NCBI GenBank assembly: GCA_965219455.1
Contig: OZ244744.1
Location: forward strand, 5,120,001 to 5,184,000
Reading direction: 5' to 3'
Source: Candidatus Latescibacterota bacterium
Lineage (GTDB): Bacteria; Latescibacterota; UBA2968; GCA-2709665
DNA: 64,000 nucleotides
Shown here: piece after piece, positions 22,090 to 32,518 of the stretch
Position numbering within the stretch: position 1 is the first letter of the stretch
Layout: each line of letters begins with the position of its first letter
Notes under the pieces: model-generated
Database searches by the model: none
What the model was told of the DNA's origin: nothing
Seen by the model: only the letters and a program-made list of their open reading frames with translations
Program-made: the position numbers and the translations under genes

Positions 22090-23034
22090 ATGATCCGTGT
22101 GGAAAATCTTGTCAAGGATTACGGTGACGTCCGGGCCGTTCGGGATATCAGTTTCCAGGTTAACGATGGAGAGATTCTGGGATTTCTGGGCGAGAACGGG
22201 GCTGGTAAGTCAACCACGCTGAAGGTGATGACGGGGTATCTATCGGCAACCGCCGGCAACGTGTTCGTGGACGACATGAACATTGTGGACGATTCCCTGG
22301 AGATCCGCAAGCGGGTGGGGTACCTGCCCGAATTGAATCCGCTCTACGGTGAAATGATCGTTTACGACCTGTTTTCGTTTATTGCGACGATCAGACGCAT
22401 GGAAGGGCGGGCGTTCCGTCAGGCGTTGGAGCGGGTTGTCGAGCAGTGCGGGCTTGCCGGCGTGGTTCACAGGGCGGTGCAGGAGTGTTCCAAGGGGTAT
22501 AAACAGCGGATCGGCCTGGCAACGGCCATGCTGCACGATCCGGATATCCTGATTCTGGACGAACCGGTGACGGGGCTGGATCCCAACCAGATTGTGGAGA
22601 TCCGCGAGTTGATCCGGTCTCTCGGGCGTGAGAAGACACTGATCATGTCAAGCCACATCCTGCAGGAAATTGAAGCGACGGTGGACCGAATCATCATCAT
22701 TCACAATGGACAGATTGTGGCGGACGGCCTGCGGGAGGAGCTGATGTCCAGCTTCCGGGGACAGACGCAGTTGACGCTGGAGGTCAAACGGGCCGAAGAC
22801 GAGAGCGTGCAGGGGCTGCCCGAACAGTTGCAGGGGGTCGCGCTTTCCGGCATGGCCGAGAACAATGGGTCCCGAACGCTCTTACTGGAATACGACCGCG
22901 ACACGGATCCCCGGGAGCGCATTTTTCAATATGCCAGGGACCAGGGATGGGTGATTCTGGAAATGAGCCAGGCTCGGGTTCAGCTGGAGGACGTATTCAG
23001 GAATCTCACCGGGGAGGGGACGTCCGATGCGTAA
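22090..23034 (+). CDS. ABC transporter ATP-binding protein (GldA-like)
   Basis: GENGAGKST, SKGYKQRIGLA, LDEPVTGLDPNQ. Confidence 0.9.
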   Translation: MIRVENLVKDYGDVRAVRDISFQVNDGEILGFLGENGAGKSTTLKVMTGYLSATAGNVFVDDMNIVDDSLEIRKRVGYLPELNPLYGEMIVYDLFSFIATIRRMEGRAFRQALERVVEQCGLAGVVHRAVQECSKGYKQRIGLATAMLHDPDILILDEPVTGLDPNQIVEIRELIRSLGREKTLIMSSHILQEIEATVDRIIIIHNGQIVADGLREELMSSFRGQTQLTLEVKRAEDESVQGLPEQLQGVALSGMAENNGSRTLLLEYDRDTDPRERIFQYARDQGWVILEMSQARVQLEDVFRNLTGEGTSDA

Positions 23035-23740
23035 TGTGAAGGCGATCTATCTGAAAGAACTGCGTTCCTATTTCAATAGCCCTATGGCCTACATTTTTCT
23101 GGTGATTTTCGCGGTCTTGAGCGGATACTTTTTCACGAGTACATTCTTCCTTATCGGACAGTCCGATATGCGCGCCCTGTTTAACATCGTACCGCTGGTC
23201 TACCTGTTTTTCGTGCCGGCCATTTCCATGGGACTGATCGCGAAGGAGAAGAACCTGGGAACCATGGAAGTGTTGTCTACCATGCCCATCCGGGACGTCG
23301 AATTCGTCGCGGGCAAATACCTGGCGGCGGTAAGCCTGATCGTGGTGGGGCTGCTCTTTACGTTCGTGCATTTTCTCACGCTCCTGGCCGTGGGCACTCA
23401 CGTGGATATCGGCGCGGTGATAACGGGATACGTGGGCCTCGTCCTCGTGGGCGCATTTTACGCGGCCGTGGGTACGTTTGCCAGCAGCCTGACGGAAAAC
23501 CAGGTGGTTTCATTGATTGTCGCGATCGCAATTGTCATGGTGTTTTTCCTGCTGGACAAGCTGCTGCTCTTCATACCCGCGGGGCTGTCGGCAATTGCGC
23601 AATATATCAGTGTGGACTACCACCTGTCGAATATTGCACGGGGCGTCGTGGATTCCAGGAATCTTATCTATTTCGCGGGGATGATCTGGTTGTTTCTGGC
23701 GCTCACCCTGCGGGTTCTGGAGATGAGAAAGTGGAGGTAG
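23027..23740 (+). CDS. ABC-2 type permease (GldF-like)
   Basis: KELRSYFNSPMAY, EKNLGTME, LTENQ, RGVVDSR; multiple TM helices. Confidence 0.85.
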   Translation: MRNVKAIYLKELRSYFNSPMAYIFLVIFAVLSGYFFTSTFFLIGQSDMRALFNIVPLVYLFFVPAISMGLIAKEKNLGTMEVLSTMPIRDVEFVAGKYLAAVSLIVVGLLFTFVHFLTLLAVGTHVDIGAVITGYVGLVLVGAFYAAVGTFASSLTENQVVSLIVAIAIVMVFFLLDKLLLFIPAGLSAIAQYISVDYHLSNIARGVVDSRNLIYFAGMIWLFLALTLRVLEMRKWR

Positions 23741-23743
23741 TCG

Positions 23744-25246
23744 ATGTTTGCGGTTCACAATAAACGGTCGTTCATCATCTATCTGCTATTGGCGGTCGTC
23801 ATCGTCGCGGCCCTGAATTTCGTGTCCAGAGAGTTGTTTTTTCGGTTGGATCTGACTGCGAACGGAATCTATTCGCTTTCCGGGTCCAGCAAACGGGTGG
23901 TGGACCAGGTAGAAGATTTATTGACGATGAAGGTCTATTTTACGGACAATTTGCCGGGTCAGTACGGCAACAACCGGCGCTACCTGCAGGATATACTCGA
24001 AGAATACGAAGCGTTCGGCGGGGGTCGCGTGCGGTTTGAGTTTTTCCGGCCCGAAGACGATCAGACGCTGCCGGACGAAGCGCGGAAATACGGAATTCAC
24101 CCGGTGCAGCTCCAGGTGGTTGAAAACGACAAGCTGGAAGTGAAGCGGGTCTACATGGGGATGGTGTTTCTTTACGGGGACGGTCGGGAAGTGATTCCGG
24201 TGATTGAGAGCACAACCGGCCTCGAGTACGAAATCACCACACAGATCAAGAAGCTGCTGGATACGGATAAACAGGCAGTCGCTTTCGCGATCATCGGCGC
24301 ACAGCCGCCCCGTGTCCGGAACATTTCAGCAGTGCTCCAGCAGTCGTACCTCGTTCGAAACATCAGGCTGGCTTCCCCGGTGCCCGACGACATCGGCCTG
24401 TTGATAATCAGCGGGGTGACGGATTCGTTAAGCGAGGATGAACTCGGAAACCTGGAGGCGTTTGCGAATCGGGGAGGCAATCTGTTTATCGGACAGGGGC
24501 GGGTCGCCGGCGACTTGAGCGGTCAGCGCGGCACGCCGGTAACGTCAAATCTATTCGACTTTCTGGAAACATCGGGCTTGCAGGTGAAGGAAAATCTGGT
24601 GCTGGATCAGCGATGCAGCGCGATCACGATAAGCCAGCGCCACGGATTTCTACAAATGAGTTCACAGATACAGTATCCGTTTTTCCCCGTGATACAACGC
24701 TTCGGCAAGCACCTGACGGTGGACGGACTCGAGCAGGTGCGCCTGCTTTTCAGCAGCGAGATTTCGCTGGCCGATTCGGTTGCGGGTGCTGCGCAGACAA
24801 AGCCATTGATGTATACGTCTGACAGGTCCGGGGTCATGACCGGATTCTTCAATCTACGGCCAATGGAGAATCCGTTCTTCAACACGTTGAATCAATCGGG
24901 GAAGGTCGTGGGCGCGCTGGCGCGGCGGGAAGGCGCGCAGGGAATGAGCCAGGTGGTTCTGGTGGGCGATTCCGGGTTGTTCGATGACGAATCCGGAGGC
25001 GGTTTTCAGGAGAATTTCGTCTTTGTTGCCAATGTCGTCGATTTCCTGATGGGCGATAGCGATCTGGTGGCGCTCCGCTCCAGGGAGATTACAACGCGGC
25101 CTCTGATGGAAGTCGACGACGCGGCGAAGGCGCGTTGGAAGTGGTTGAATGTATTGCTGCCGCCGGTTCTGATCATTGCGTACGGTTTGCTGAGATGGCG
25201 GCGGGAAGCCGGGCGTGCAAGGATGTTGGAGGAGCAATATGGCTAA
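23744..25246 (+). CDS. GldG-like ABC transporter auxiliary component
   Basis: RLDLTANGIYSLS, LEYEIT, N- and C-terminal TM helices; operon context. Confidence 0.8.
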   Translation: MFAVHNKRSFIIYLLLAVVIVAALNFVSRELFFRLDLTANGIYSLSGSSKRVVDQVEDLLTMKVYFTDNLPGQYGNNRRYLQDILEEYEAFGGGRVRFEFFRPEDDQTLPDEARKYGIHPVQLQVVENDKLEVKRVYMGMVFLYGDGREVIPVIESTTGLEYEITTQIKKLLDTDKQAVAFAIIGAQPPRVRNISAVLQQSYLVRNIRLASPVPDDIGLLIISGVTDSLSEDELGNLEAFANRGGNLFIGQGRVAGDLSGQRGTPVTSNLFDFLETSGLQVKENLVLDQRCSAITISQRHGFLQMSSQIQYPFFPVIQRFGKHLTVDGLEQVRLLFSSEISLADSVAGAAQTKPLMYTSDRSGVMTGFFNLRPMENPFFNTLNQSGKVVGALARREGAQGMSQVVLVGDSGLFDDESGGGFQENFVFVANVVDFLMGDSDLVALRSREITTRPLMEVDDAAKARWKWLNVLLPPVLIIAYGLLRWRREAGRARMLEEQYG

Positions 25247-25925
25247 ACGGGCGCGAGTATGGCTGATTGTGATTCTGGCGCTGGCCGCCGGCGTCGCTTA
25301 CGTTCAATTCTCGAAAACAGGATATACGATTGCGGGTACGCCGATTTTTGAAGGAAGCCGTGAAGATGTTCAGCAGGTCGTGATCGAACGCGGGGGGGAA
25401 CGCGTTGAATTGCGCCTCGACGGTGAGGTGTGGCGACTCGTGGGCCACGATTCCCTTGAGGTTCGAGAGGCGCCGATTGACAATTTACTCGACAAGGTAT
25501 TGGCGGTCCGGAGTACAACCCTGATGACAAGGCGCGCCGATCGTTGGGACGTGTATTCGGTTGACGATTCAACCGGCATTCGGTTGTCCGTCAGGAACGC
25601 GGGGGGCGCGGAACTGGCCGCGTTTGTATTTGGCCAGTCCAGGCGGGATTGGAGCAAGAATTACGTGCGTCTGGCGTCCGAAGACGCGGTATATCTGACC
25701 GACAACAACATCACCTACTATCTGAATGCCACGCCAGACTTCTGGGGTCGGAAGCCGGAACCGGCGGCAGCGGACAGTACGGGACCGGACATCGATGTGG
25801 GTGCGGCTGCCCCGTCCGTCATACCTCCCGCGGCGCCGGTTCTGATCGATGCGAAGCGAGATACGTCGGGCCCGCTGAAGCTGGATCTGGACGTCGCGGC
25901 GGACACCGCAAGAACGAAAGAGTAA
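25239..25925 (+). CDS. DUF4340-like membrane-anchored protein
   Basis: N-terminal TM, fourth gene of Gld-like operon, YVR...VY motif; start set at ATG 25239. Confidence 0.65.
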   Translation: MAKRARVWLIVILALAAGVAYVQFSKTGYTIAGTPIFEGSREDVQQVVIERGGERVELRLDGEVWRLVGHDSLEVREAPIDNLLDKVLAVRSTTLMTRRADRWDVYSVDDSTGIRLSVRNAGGAELAAFVFGQSRRDWSKNYVRLASEDAVYLTDNNITYYLNATPDFWGRKPEPAAADSTGPDIDVGAAAPSVIPPAAPVLIDAKRDTSGPLKLDLDVAADTARTKE

Positions 25926-25988
25926 ACGCACAGGCGTCTGATCCGCTTCCTTCCGCCGTGCTGCCCGAGGGGATTTCATTACGTTTTG

Positions 25989-26018
25989 GCGCGGGAATTC
26001 GATTCTCGCGCTTTTTTT
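25989..26018 (+). terminator. Rho-independent terminator
   Basis: GCGCGGGAAT-TCG-ATTCTCGCGC followed by T7. Confidence 0.75.
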
Positions 26019-26143
26019 CGTGTCCAGAATCCGGTTGCGTTGGCCCCCCAGGATATTATCTTTCGAGTTGAAGGCGCCCGGAGGCACGACCCAACAACGG
26101 AGGCCGGCCTACCTATTTGTGCCCGGATGCCATCGGAGGGACG

Positions 26144-27538
26144 ATGAGCCACGAGATCGAACAGCGCCCGTTGGAGCAGATTTTCGGGTCGTCGGAAGCG
26201 CATCAGAATCTTCTGGTTCTGTCGGACGACATCGGGTCGCGCCTGGCTGGATCGGAGAATGAGATCCGGGCCAGGGATTTTCTGGTGGATGCATTGTCCC
26301 GCTACGGATTGAACGATGTACACGTCGAGGAATTTCAGCACCGGGCGTGGACGCCTGTAAAGGAACAACTGACCGTTACCGCGCCCGTCGAACGGGAAAT
26401 CGCCTGTCGGTGCGGCGGCCTGTCCCCGTCGACGCCGGACGGAGGTATCCAGGCCCGCGTCGTGTTCCTGGAACGGGGCGACCGCGAGGAATTCGAGGCT
26501 CGAAGGGCGGACGTGGCCGGCCGTTTCGTGGCGGCGCCCTATTATCCGATCGCGCGGCAGATGAAAACTCCGCTTGCCGCGGAATACGGTGCGGCGGGGC
26601 TGATTGAATGGCGGACCTATCCCGGCGGACTTCAACCGGCGCGCACGTGCGCATTCGCCCGTGTAGCTTCGATTCCAGTGGCTTCGATCAGCAAGGAGGA
26701 TGCGGCATATTTAATGCGTTTGGAGCGGCGGAGGGGTAGGGTCCGGATCAGGTTGACCCTGGACAGTCGCGTGGAGGTCAAGCCATCCTGGAACGTCGTC
26801 GGAGATTTGGGCGGCGACCGGGGTGAGGCCGAGTACCTGGTTGTGGGAGGGCACTACGACTCCTGGCACGTGGGGCCCGGCGCCATCGACAATGCGGCGG
26901 GGGTGGTCGCCGTGCTGGAGGCGGCGAGAGGCCTGGCAGGCTATCAGCAACATCTGAGGCGGAGGGTGCGGTTTGTTCTGTTCGGCGTGGAAGAATCCGG
27001 GCTCGTGGGATCCTGGTCGTACACGCGGGACCATGAAGACGAGTTGGACGATCTGATATTGATGATCAACAACGACGTCGGCGGCCGCCCCTCTGGCATT
27101 CATATTGCAGGCTACGACGACTGGCAGCCGGCGCTGACCCCGGTGGCGAAACGAGTGCGGGTGGACGGCGATGGCCTGCCGCCGTTTGAGGCCAGTGTGG
27201 GCGGCCCGGGATGGGGCTCGGATCACTTTCCGTTTCTCGCTCACGGCGTGCATACCGTCGGGATCGGCACCACACCGGTGGACCCTCTGGACGGCCTCTG
27301 GGGTCATACCCGCGCCGACACGCCGGATAAGGTTTACGTCCAGGGCCTTACGGAGTGCGCTGCGATCAATGCGCAGGTTATTCTGCACGCGTCCAACCTG
27401 CCGGAGCGTCCGGCCATCAGAAAGACGTCCGACGAGGTGGAGGCGATGTTCCGAAGTTACGGTTTCATCGAGACCCTGGATTTGCTCGATGTCTGGCCAC
27501 CTGAACACGCAAAAAAGCGGTACTTCACGTTTGAGTGA
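26144..27538 (+). CDS. M28 family zinc peptidase with PA-like domain
   Basis: GGHYDSW, GAIDNAAG, FGVEESGLVGS, SDHFPF, HTRADT. Confidence 0.88.
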   Translation: MSHEIEQRPLEQIFGSSEAHQNLLVLSDDIGSRLAGSENEIRARDFLVDALSRYGLNDVHVEEFQHRAWTPVKEQLTVTAPVEREIACRCGGLSPSTPDGGIQARVVFLERGDREEFEARRADVAGRFVAAPYYPIARQMKTPLAAEYGAAGLIEWRTYPGGLQPARTCAFARVASIPVASISKEDAAYLMRLERRRGRVRIRLTLDSRVEVKPSWNVVGDLGGDRGEAEYLVVGGHYDSWHVGPGAIDNAAGVVAVLEAARGLAGYQQHLRRRVRFVLFGVEESGLVGSWSYTRDHEDELDDLILMINNDVGGRPSGIHIAGYDDWQPALTPVAKRVRVDGDGLPPFEASVGGPGWGSDHFPFLAHGVHTVGIGTTPVDPLDGLWGHTRADTPDKVYVQGLTECAAINAQVILHASNLPERPAIRKTSDEVEAMFRSYGFIETLDLLDVWPPEHAKKRYFTFE

Positions 27539-27619
27539 TCTCTTCGCGCTGCCTCTTGACGCCGGTCGGAGAGGCGGCCGGTTGCGAAGAGACACCTCGA
27601 TTCGAAGCCAGTTTGGCCG

Positions 27620-28549
27620 GTGAACCCGTGGATCGCGCCCGGTGAGATCCACCGGCCGGAACACGACGCGATTTTTTGGAGGACGGCTGTGCGGATTGCC
27701 TGGAGCGACCTGCCTCAGTGTTACGAGTTCGATACCGGCGACATAATGGGCGGTATTCAACCCTATATGAATTACCACGGCATCTGCGGGTTGATGCATC
27801 GAGACTACAAGGTCGGGGTGGTTCGGCATTATAAGGCGTTCTTGAATGCCGAATATTACCTCAGGCCGGGTTCGGGGATGGTGATGTACCCTCGGAGGCT
27901 CTCCCAGGCGAGGAAGGTGACGCACGGGTTGTCGCAGGACGGAGTAGCCATCCACTTCCCGGCGGAGCCCGATTTCGGGTTGGAAATGGATCTCTTTTAT
28001 CGGCCGCACGGCGACGCGGTGGATCTGAAGACGACAATCCGGCCGTCGGTGGAGATTCAACGCTTTGAGATCTTTTTCGCCTCGTACATTGCTGAAGTTT
28101 TCAATGAGACCTGGGCGCCTTTAGCCAATCCTGATGGGTCTCGAGCCTGGACGAGGCTGAACAACCGGGTGGAAATCAATCGGACGTTCGGCGTTGTCAG
28201 AGACGAGCTGTCGCGCGAAATGCTTCAGGATGGACGTTTCGGTGATCCGACCAGGGGGTTGCATCGGGATCTGGAAGACCGGGACTTCAGCCTGCCCATT
28301 TTGGCTGCCCGGAATTCGTCCAACGGGTTCACGCTGGTGTTCCTGTGCGACCCCGTTCTCACAACCTACCTGACCGGTCAGTACCACGCATGGGATACCG
28401 CGCACGACTGGTGCTATGGCCGGGACCTGGCGGCGGGCGCCGAGATGGTGGCACACACGAGGATGGTTTATCGCTGTTTTCCGGATGTACGGGAGATGGG
28501 CAAGGGTATCGATGAATTGTGGACAGCCTTTGCCGGCCCAATATCCTAA
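27620..28549 (+). CDS. Hypothetical protein
   Basis: 309-aa ORF with gene-like composition, co-oriented with neighbours; no recognised motif. Confidence 0.65.
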   Translation: MNPWIAPGEIHRPEHDAIFWRTAVRIAWSDLPQCYEFDTGDIMGGIQPYMNYHGICGLMHRDYKVGVVRHYKAFLNAEYYLRPGSGMVMYPRRLSQARKVTHGLSQDGVAIHFPAEPDFGLEMDLFYRPHGDAVDLKTTIRPSVEIQRFEIFFASYIAEVFNETWAPLANPDGSRAWTRLNNRVEINRTFGVVRDELSREMLQDGRFGDPTRGLHRDLEDRDFSLPILAARNSSNGFTLVFLCDPVLTTYLTGQYHAWDTAHDWCYGRDLAAGAEMVAHTRMVYRCFPDVREMGKGIDELWTAFAGPIS

Positions 28550-28712
28550 GAAGCTGTCTCAAAATCCCCAGCGGTCTTCGCGCGGCTGCAAACGCGCCGG
28601 TCGGCGTTGGTCAAATCCACCCGTATCTGTAGGATATGGGCGGATTCTCCCGCCTTGACCGCCACTTTTTCGCTCGCGCTCGGGAACTCGCCGGGAATTT
28701 TAAAACAGCTTC
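28550..28712. mobile_element. MITE-like element, 163 bp, 20-bp terminal inverted repeats
   Basis: GAAGCTGTCTCAAAATCCCC vs GGGAATTTTAAAACAGCTTC, 17/20 complementary; begins right after a TAA stop; internal hairpin. Confidence 0.6.
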
Positions 28713-28737
28713 CAACAAACTTCAGGAGGCAAGAGGT

Positions 28738-29976
28738 ATGCTGGCGATCGATGGCGGTGAAAAGGTCCGTACCGTGCCGATGCCCGCGCGGCGTCTTTTC
28801 GGCGAGGAGGAGAAGCTGGCGGTGATGGCTCTTTTCGACGAAAGTATCCGGTCGGGCAACGCGTTCGGGTACGATGGACCGGAGGAACGCGCGTACGAAC
28901 GGGACTTTGCGGATTTCATGGGCGGCGGGTACGCTGACCTGGTGAATTCGGGCACGACGTCTCTGTACTCGGCGCTTGGGGCCCTCGAACTGGAGGTCCC
29001 GGGCGAGGTGGTGGTGCCGCCAATTACCGATCCGGGGGGGGTGATGCCCGTGGCGCTTTTGAACCTGGTACCGGTGGTTTCTGATGCGGCCCCCGGCACG
29101 TTCAACGCCGGCGCGGAACAGATCGAAGCCGTACTCACCGAGCATTCGCGTGCGATCATCGTTGCGCATATCGCCGGGGAACCCGCGGACCTGGACCCGA
29201 TTCTGGAGCTTGCCGATTCGCGCGGGTTGCCCGTGATCGAAGATTGCGCGCAGGCGCACGGCGCCAGGTACAGGGGAAGGATTGTGGGCGGCATGGGGGC
29301 GATGGGGACTTTTTCAACGATGAGCGGCAAGCATCACGCCACCGGGTCGCAAGGCGGGGTGGTCTTCGTGAAGGATCAGGATCTCTATTGGCGGGTGAAG
29401 CGTTTTTCGGATCGGGGCAAACCCTTGAATCTGGAGGGAAGCGGACTTTCCAACGTGAGGGCGAGCCTGAATATGAACGGGAACGACCTGGCCGCGGCGA
29501 TCGGCCGGGTGCAGTTGCGCCGGTTGGGGGAGATTGCGGATAACCGGCGCAGGGCGGGAGATGCAATACGGGACGGTATCGAACATCTGCAGGCGGTATC
29601 GATGGGCAGGCAGGTGCCGGGTACCGAGTGCGTGTACTGGTTCCTTCGGTTCCACCTGGATACACCCGGACTGAGCGTGGACAAGGCAGGCTTCGTCAAG
29701 GCGCTGGCGGCTGAAGGCATTCCGGCGTCGGTATCCTACAGGCATATCCCGTCCGAGGCGACCTGGTTCAAGGAACGCAGAGTTTTCGGAAACAGCGACT
29801 ATCCCTGGGGACTCCCCGACTATCGTGGAGATCGCAATGCCACGTTCCCGTGCCCCAACGCCGTCGCGGCCGCCGAGAGCCACTTTACGATGCCGATCCA
29901 CGAGAACTACGGGGAGCAGGAGGTTTACGACATCGTGGCCGCTCTCGAGAAGGTGGAGAACGCCTATCTGAAATAG
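28738..29976 (+). CDS. DegT/DnrJ/EryC1/StrS family aminotransferase
   Basis: NSGTTSL, IEDCAQAHGA, FSTMSGKH, QGG; start set at ATG 28738 after GAGG. Confidence 0.9.
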   Translation: MLAIDGGEKVRTVPMPARRLFGEEEKLAVMALFDESIRSGNAFGYDGPEERAYERDFADFMGGGYADLVNSGTTSLYSALGALELEVPGEVVVPPITDPGGVMPVALLNLVPVVSDAAPGTFNAGAEQIEAVLTEHSRAIIVAHIAGEPADLDPILELADSRGLPVIEDCAQAHGARYRGRIVGGMGAMGTFSTMSGKHHATGSQGGVVFVKDQDLYWRVKRFSDRGKPLNLEGSGLSNVRASLNMNGNDLAAAIGRVQLRRLGEIADNRRRAGDAIRDGIEHLQAVSMGRQVPGTECVYWFLRFHLDTPGLSVDKAGFVKALAAEGIPASVSYRHIPSEATWFKERRVFGNSDYPWGLPDYRGDRNATFPCPNAVAAAESHFTMPIHENYGEQEVYDIVAALEKVENAYLK

Positions 29977-30158
29977 GCGGTCATTCAACGTCGACGCAAC
30001 GGTGCGACGGCTGTTGCCGGGAATACCCTGCGAAATGTCCTGGGCGGCGGCTGCGAACTTCCTGGTGCCATCGGATCGTGGTTTTGAGTCACTGTCCGGT
30101 ATCGATGTCGTCCAGGGCAGAAGGCCGCGCCCGCGCTTGAATCGACAGAGGTCGGAAA

Positions 30159-32237
30159 ATGGCTGTGGAGGCGTTCAGGCAGGTTCAAAACCTTTGTCCC
30201 GCCGAGGAGATCTACCGTGCCGCGGAACTTACCAATCTCTGGATGGGCAAAGAGGATGAGGGTATCCGTCTCTTCAGAGGTTCGGTGGTGGAGAACGACA
30301 GCCCCGGCGTCGGACGGTCGGACGACCTGGACGAGGATCCGTTTGTGGAGGTTTCAGGCCCGTCGGCGCTGAAAAAAGCACTGACGTTGCCCCGAAGTCC
30401 TTCCGTCAGGACGCAGTTGGCTTTTATCGCGCGGGAGCGGAGGGGTCATTCGGCCACGTTGCGATTCAACGTCAACGGGCAGGAGGTGCTGCGGCCGCCG
30501 TCCCCGCTGGCTACCCCCGATGCCAGGCAGTACTGGGAGTTGGCGCCCGATGACGGCGCGTGGAGCTGGAGTCGATGGTATTACGTGGATCTCCCGGTGG
30601 GGTGTCTTCGACAGGGTGAAAACCATATCGTTGCAGATGTCGTCGAGGGGCGGGTGGGATGGAGTCTGATGGTCGCGGATTATCGGGATTATGAAAAGGG
30701 GATGACGGATCCGATCGTGCTGCCGGCCTCGAGTTTTGTACGCCGAAATTGTGAGTGGGAGTCCGAACGCGGCGAATATGTGATCAGGCTGATCGTAGAC
30801 GGGTACCGTGGGGGCGGGCTTGTCGTGTCAACGGTTATGGATGCCGTGGGGGAACGGGAGGGCGTGAAGCGGCGCCATGCCGTTCGTGGACTGCGTTTGG
30901 ATTGGGACGTCGTGGCCCCCGCCGGTACCGCCGTCCACTGCGACGTGCGCACCGGAACGGATCCCGTGGTGAATGCGGCGGGCTGGAGCGACTGGCAACC
31001 GTGTGAATGCGGATCGCCGGTGGGGGTGGTTGAAGGGCGTTACCTGCAATGGCGCATGAGGTTTGAGACGGTGGATCCGGCATACACGCCCGTTCTGAAG
31101 GCAATGCGGATCCTTGCCGAGGCGTGCCCGGCCCGGGAGCCGCCGCCGCGGGTCGTCAGGTCGGACAACCCGGCCATCCGCCGGTCTTCGTACTGGATCG
31201 CAGACGAGGACTACAGGCACGGCATGTTACGGGAACTGCGCGAGCGGTTCGAACTGGATGCCGTTGTTGCCGGGGCGCAGACGGAATTTGAAGCCATTGA
31301 GCGTCTGATGGCGTGGGCGTATGCCGTTCCGCTGGGACCGTGCCGGCACTATCCCTGGGACGTCCTGGAATGGCTGTTGCTCCAGCGGGACCCATCGGGT
31401 GCGATTGTGATGAACCGGTACCGGGAGCGACGGCGCGACAAGATGTGTCTGTATCCCAACGTGGCCCTGGTGGCCGCCTGCCTGAGTTTCGGTTTTCCGG
31501 CACGGCACGTGAACTTTCACAGCGAAGGCATGACGGGCCACGAGATCGCCGAGGTCTGGTCGAACGATTATTGCAAGTGGGTCCACCTGGACGCAACGCG
31601 GGATTTCTATTGGTACGATCCGAAGACGCGTGTGCCGCTGGATACGCTCGAGGTACACCGGGTGCTGGCGGACAGACTTCAGGAAGTCGAACGCTGGGAT
31701 CGTCCGTATCTGTTCCGGCAGGATCTCGAATCCCTCGTTCGTGACCTGCCGATTGCAATTCGAGACGGGAGCCACGAGTTTTCCACGACGGAAGGGGCGC
31801 ATTTTCTGTTCCGGTCGTTTTGTCACTTCCGGATAGTCCCGCGGAACAACATGTTCAGCCAGCCGCGTCCGCTGCCCGTGAGTCAGGGTACGGAGGTGTG
31901 GGCCTGGGACGGGTATCTCAACTGGGCTGACGAAAAGGTGCCGCCACTGTCCCACTTTACGAATCACACGAACCGTCGCTCGGATTTTTATCCCACGATG
32001 AACCAGACCCGGTATACGGCCGAGGCGACCGACGATCCAGCCGTGCTGAAGGTTAATCTGGAGACGTACACACCCTGTTTCGCTGGTTATCTGTCAGGGG
32101 TTGATCAAGGAGAGTGGAAATCGTGCCCGGAAGCGTTCGACTGGCATTTGCACAACGGGCTGAACACGATGCGGGTGCGTTCTGTCAATAGCGCCGGCGT
32201 GAAGGGCCCCGTCAGCAGCCTCACGGTAGCATTTTGA
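30159..32237 (+). CDS. Transglutaminase-like domain protein with beta-rich N-terminal region
   Basis: Cys-His-Asp pattern: KMCLY...GFPARHV...GHEIAEVWSNDYCKWVHLD. Confidence 0.75.
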   Translation: MAVEAFRQVQNLCPAEEIYRAAELTNLWMGKEDEGIRLFRGSVVENDSPGVGRSDDLDEDPFVEVSGPSALKKALTLPRSPSVRTQLAFIARERRGHSATLRFNVNGQEVLRPPSPLATPDARQYWELAPDDGAWSWSRWYYVDLPVGCLRQGENHIVADVVEGRVGWSLMVADYRDYEKGMTDPIVLPASSFVRRNCEWESERGEYVIRLIVDGYRGGGLVVSTVMDAVGEREGVKRRHAVRGLRLDWDVVAPAGTAVHCDVRTGTDPVVNAAGWSDWQPCECGSPVGVVEGRYLQWRMRFETVDPAYTPVLKAMRILAEACPAREPPPRVVRSDNPAIRRSSYWIADEDYRHGMLRELRERFELDAVVAGAQTEFEAIERLMAWAYAVPLGPCRHYPWDVLEWLLLQRDPSGAIVMNRYRERRRDKMCLYPNVALVAACLSFGFPARHVNFHSEGMTGHEIAEVWSNDYCKWVHLDATRDFYWYDPKTRVPLDTLEVHRVLADRLQEVERWDRPYLFRQDLESLVRDLPIAIRDGSHEFSTTEGAHFLFRSFCHFRIVPRNNMFSQPRPLPVSQGTEVWAWDGYLNWADEKVPPLSHFTNHTNRRSDFYPTMNQTRYTAEATDDPAVLKVNLETYTPCFAGYLSGVDQGEWKSCPEAFDWHLHNGLNTMRVRSVNSAGVKGPVSSLTVAF

Positions 32238-32518
32238 CATTGTGTCTATAGTCTCACGTGCGGCCGACCGAAGTACTTGATTCCCTATTGTGGCTGTTCC
32301 TGATCCGGGTTGTGAACGCTCCGATTTGTTTCCTCATCATGTAGCATGTCTCAGATCAGGTCCAACGCCTTAGTCGCCCTTTTCAGTGCGGCTTTTTTTT
32401 GTCTGGAAAGTATCCGGGACGTGGGACTGATTTTTTTTACTTGTGGGATACTTTTGGCGAAAATGCAGATCTTTATTAGTACCGCGCGGGATGTTCGCAA
32501 CATCGTTGGAGTCCTGAT

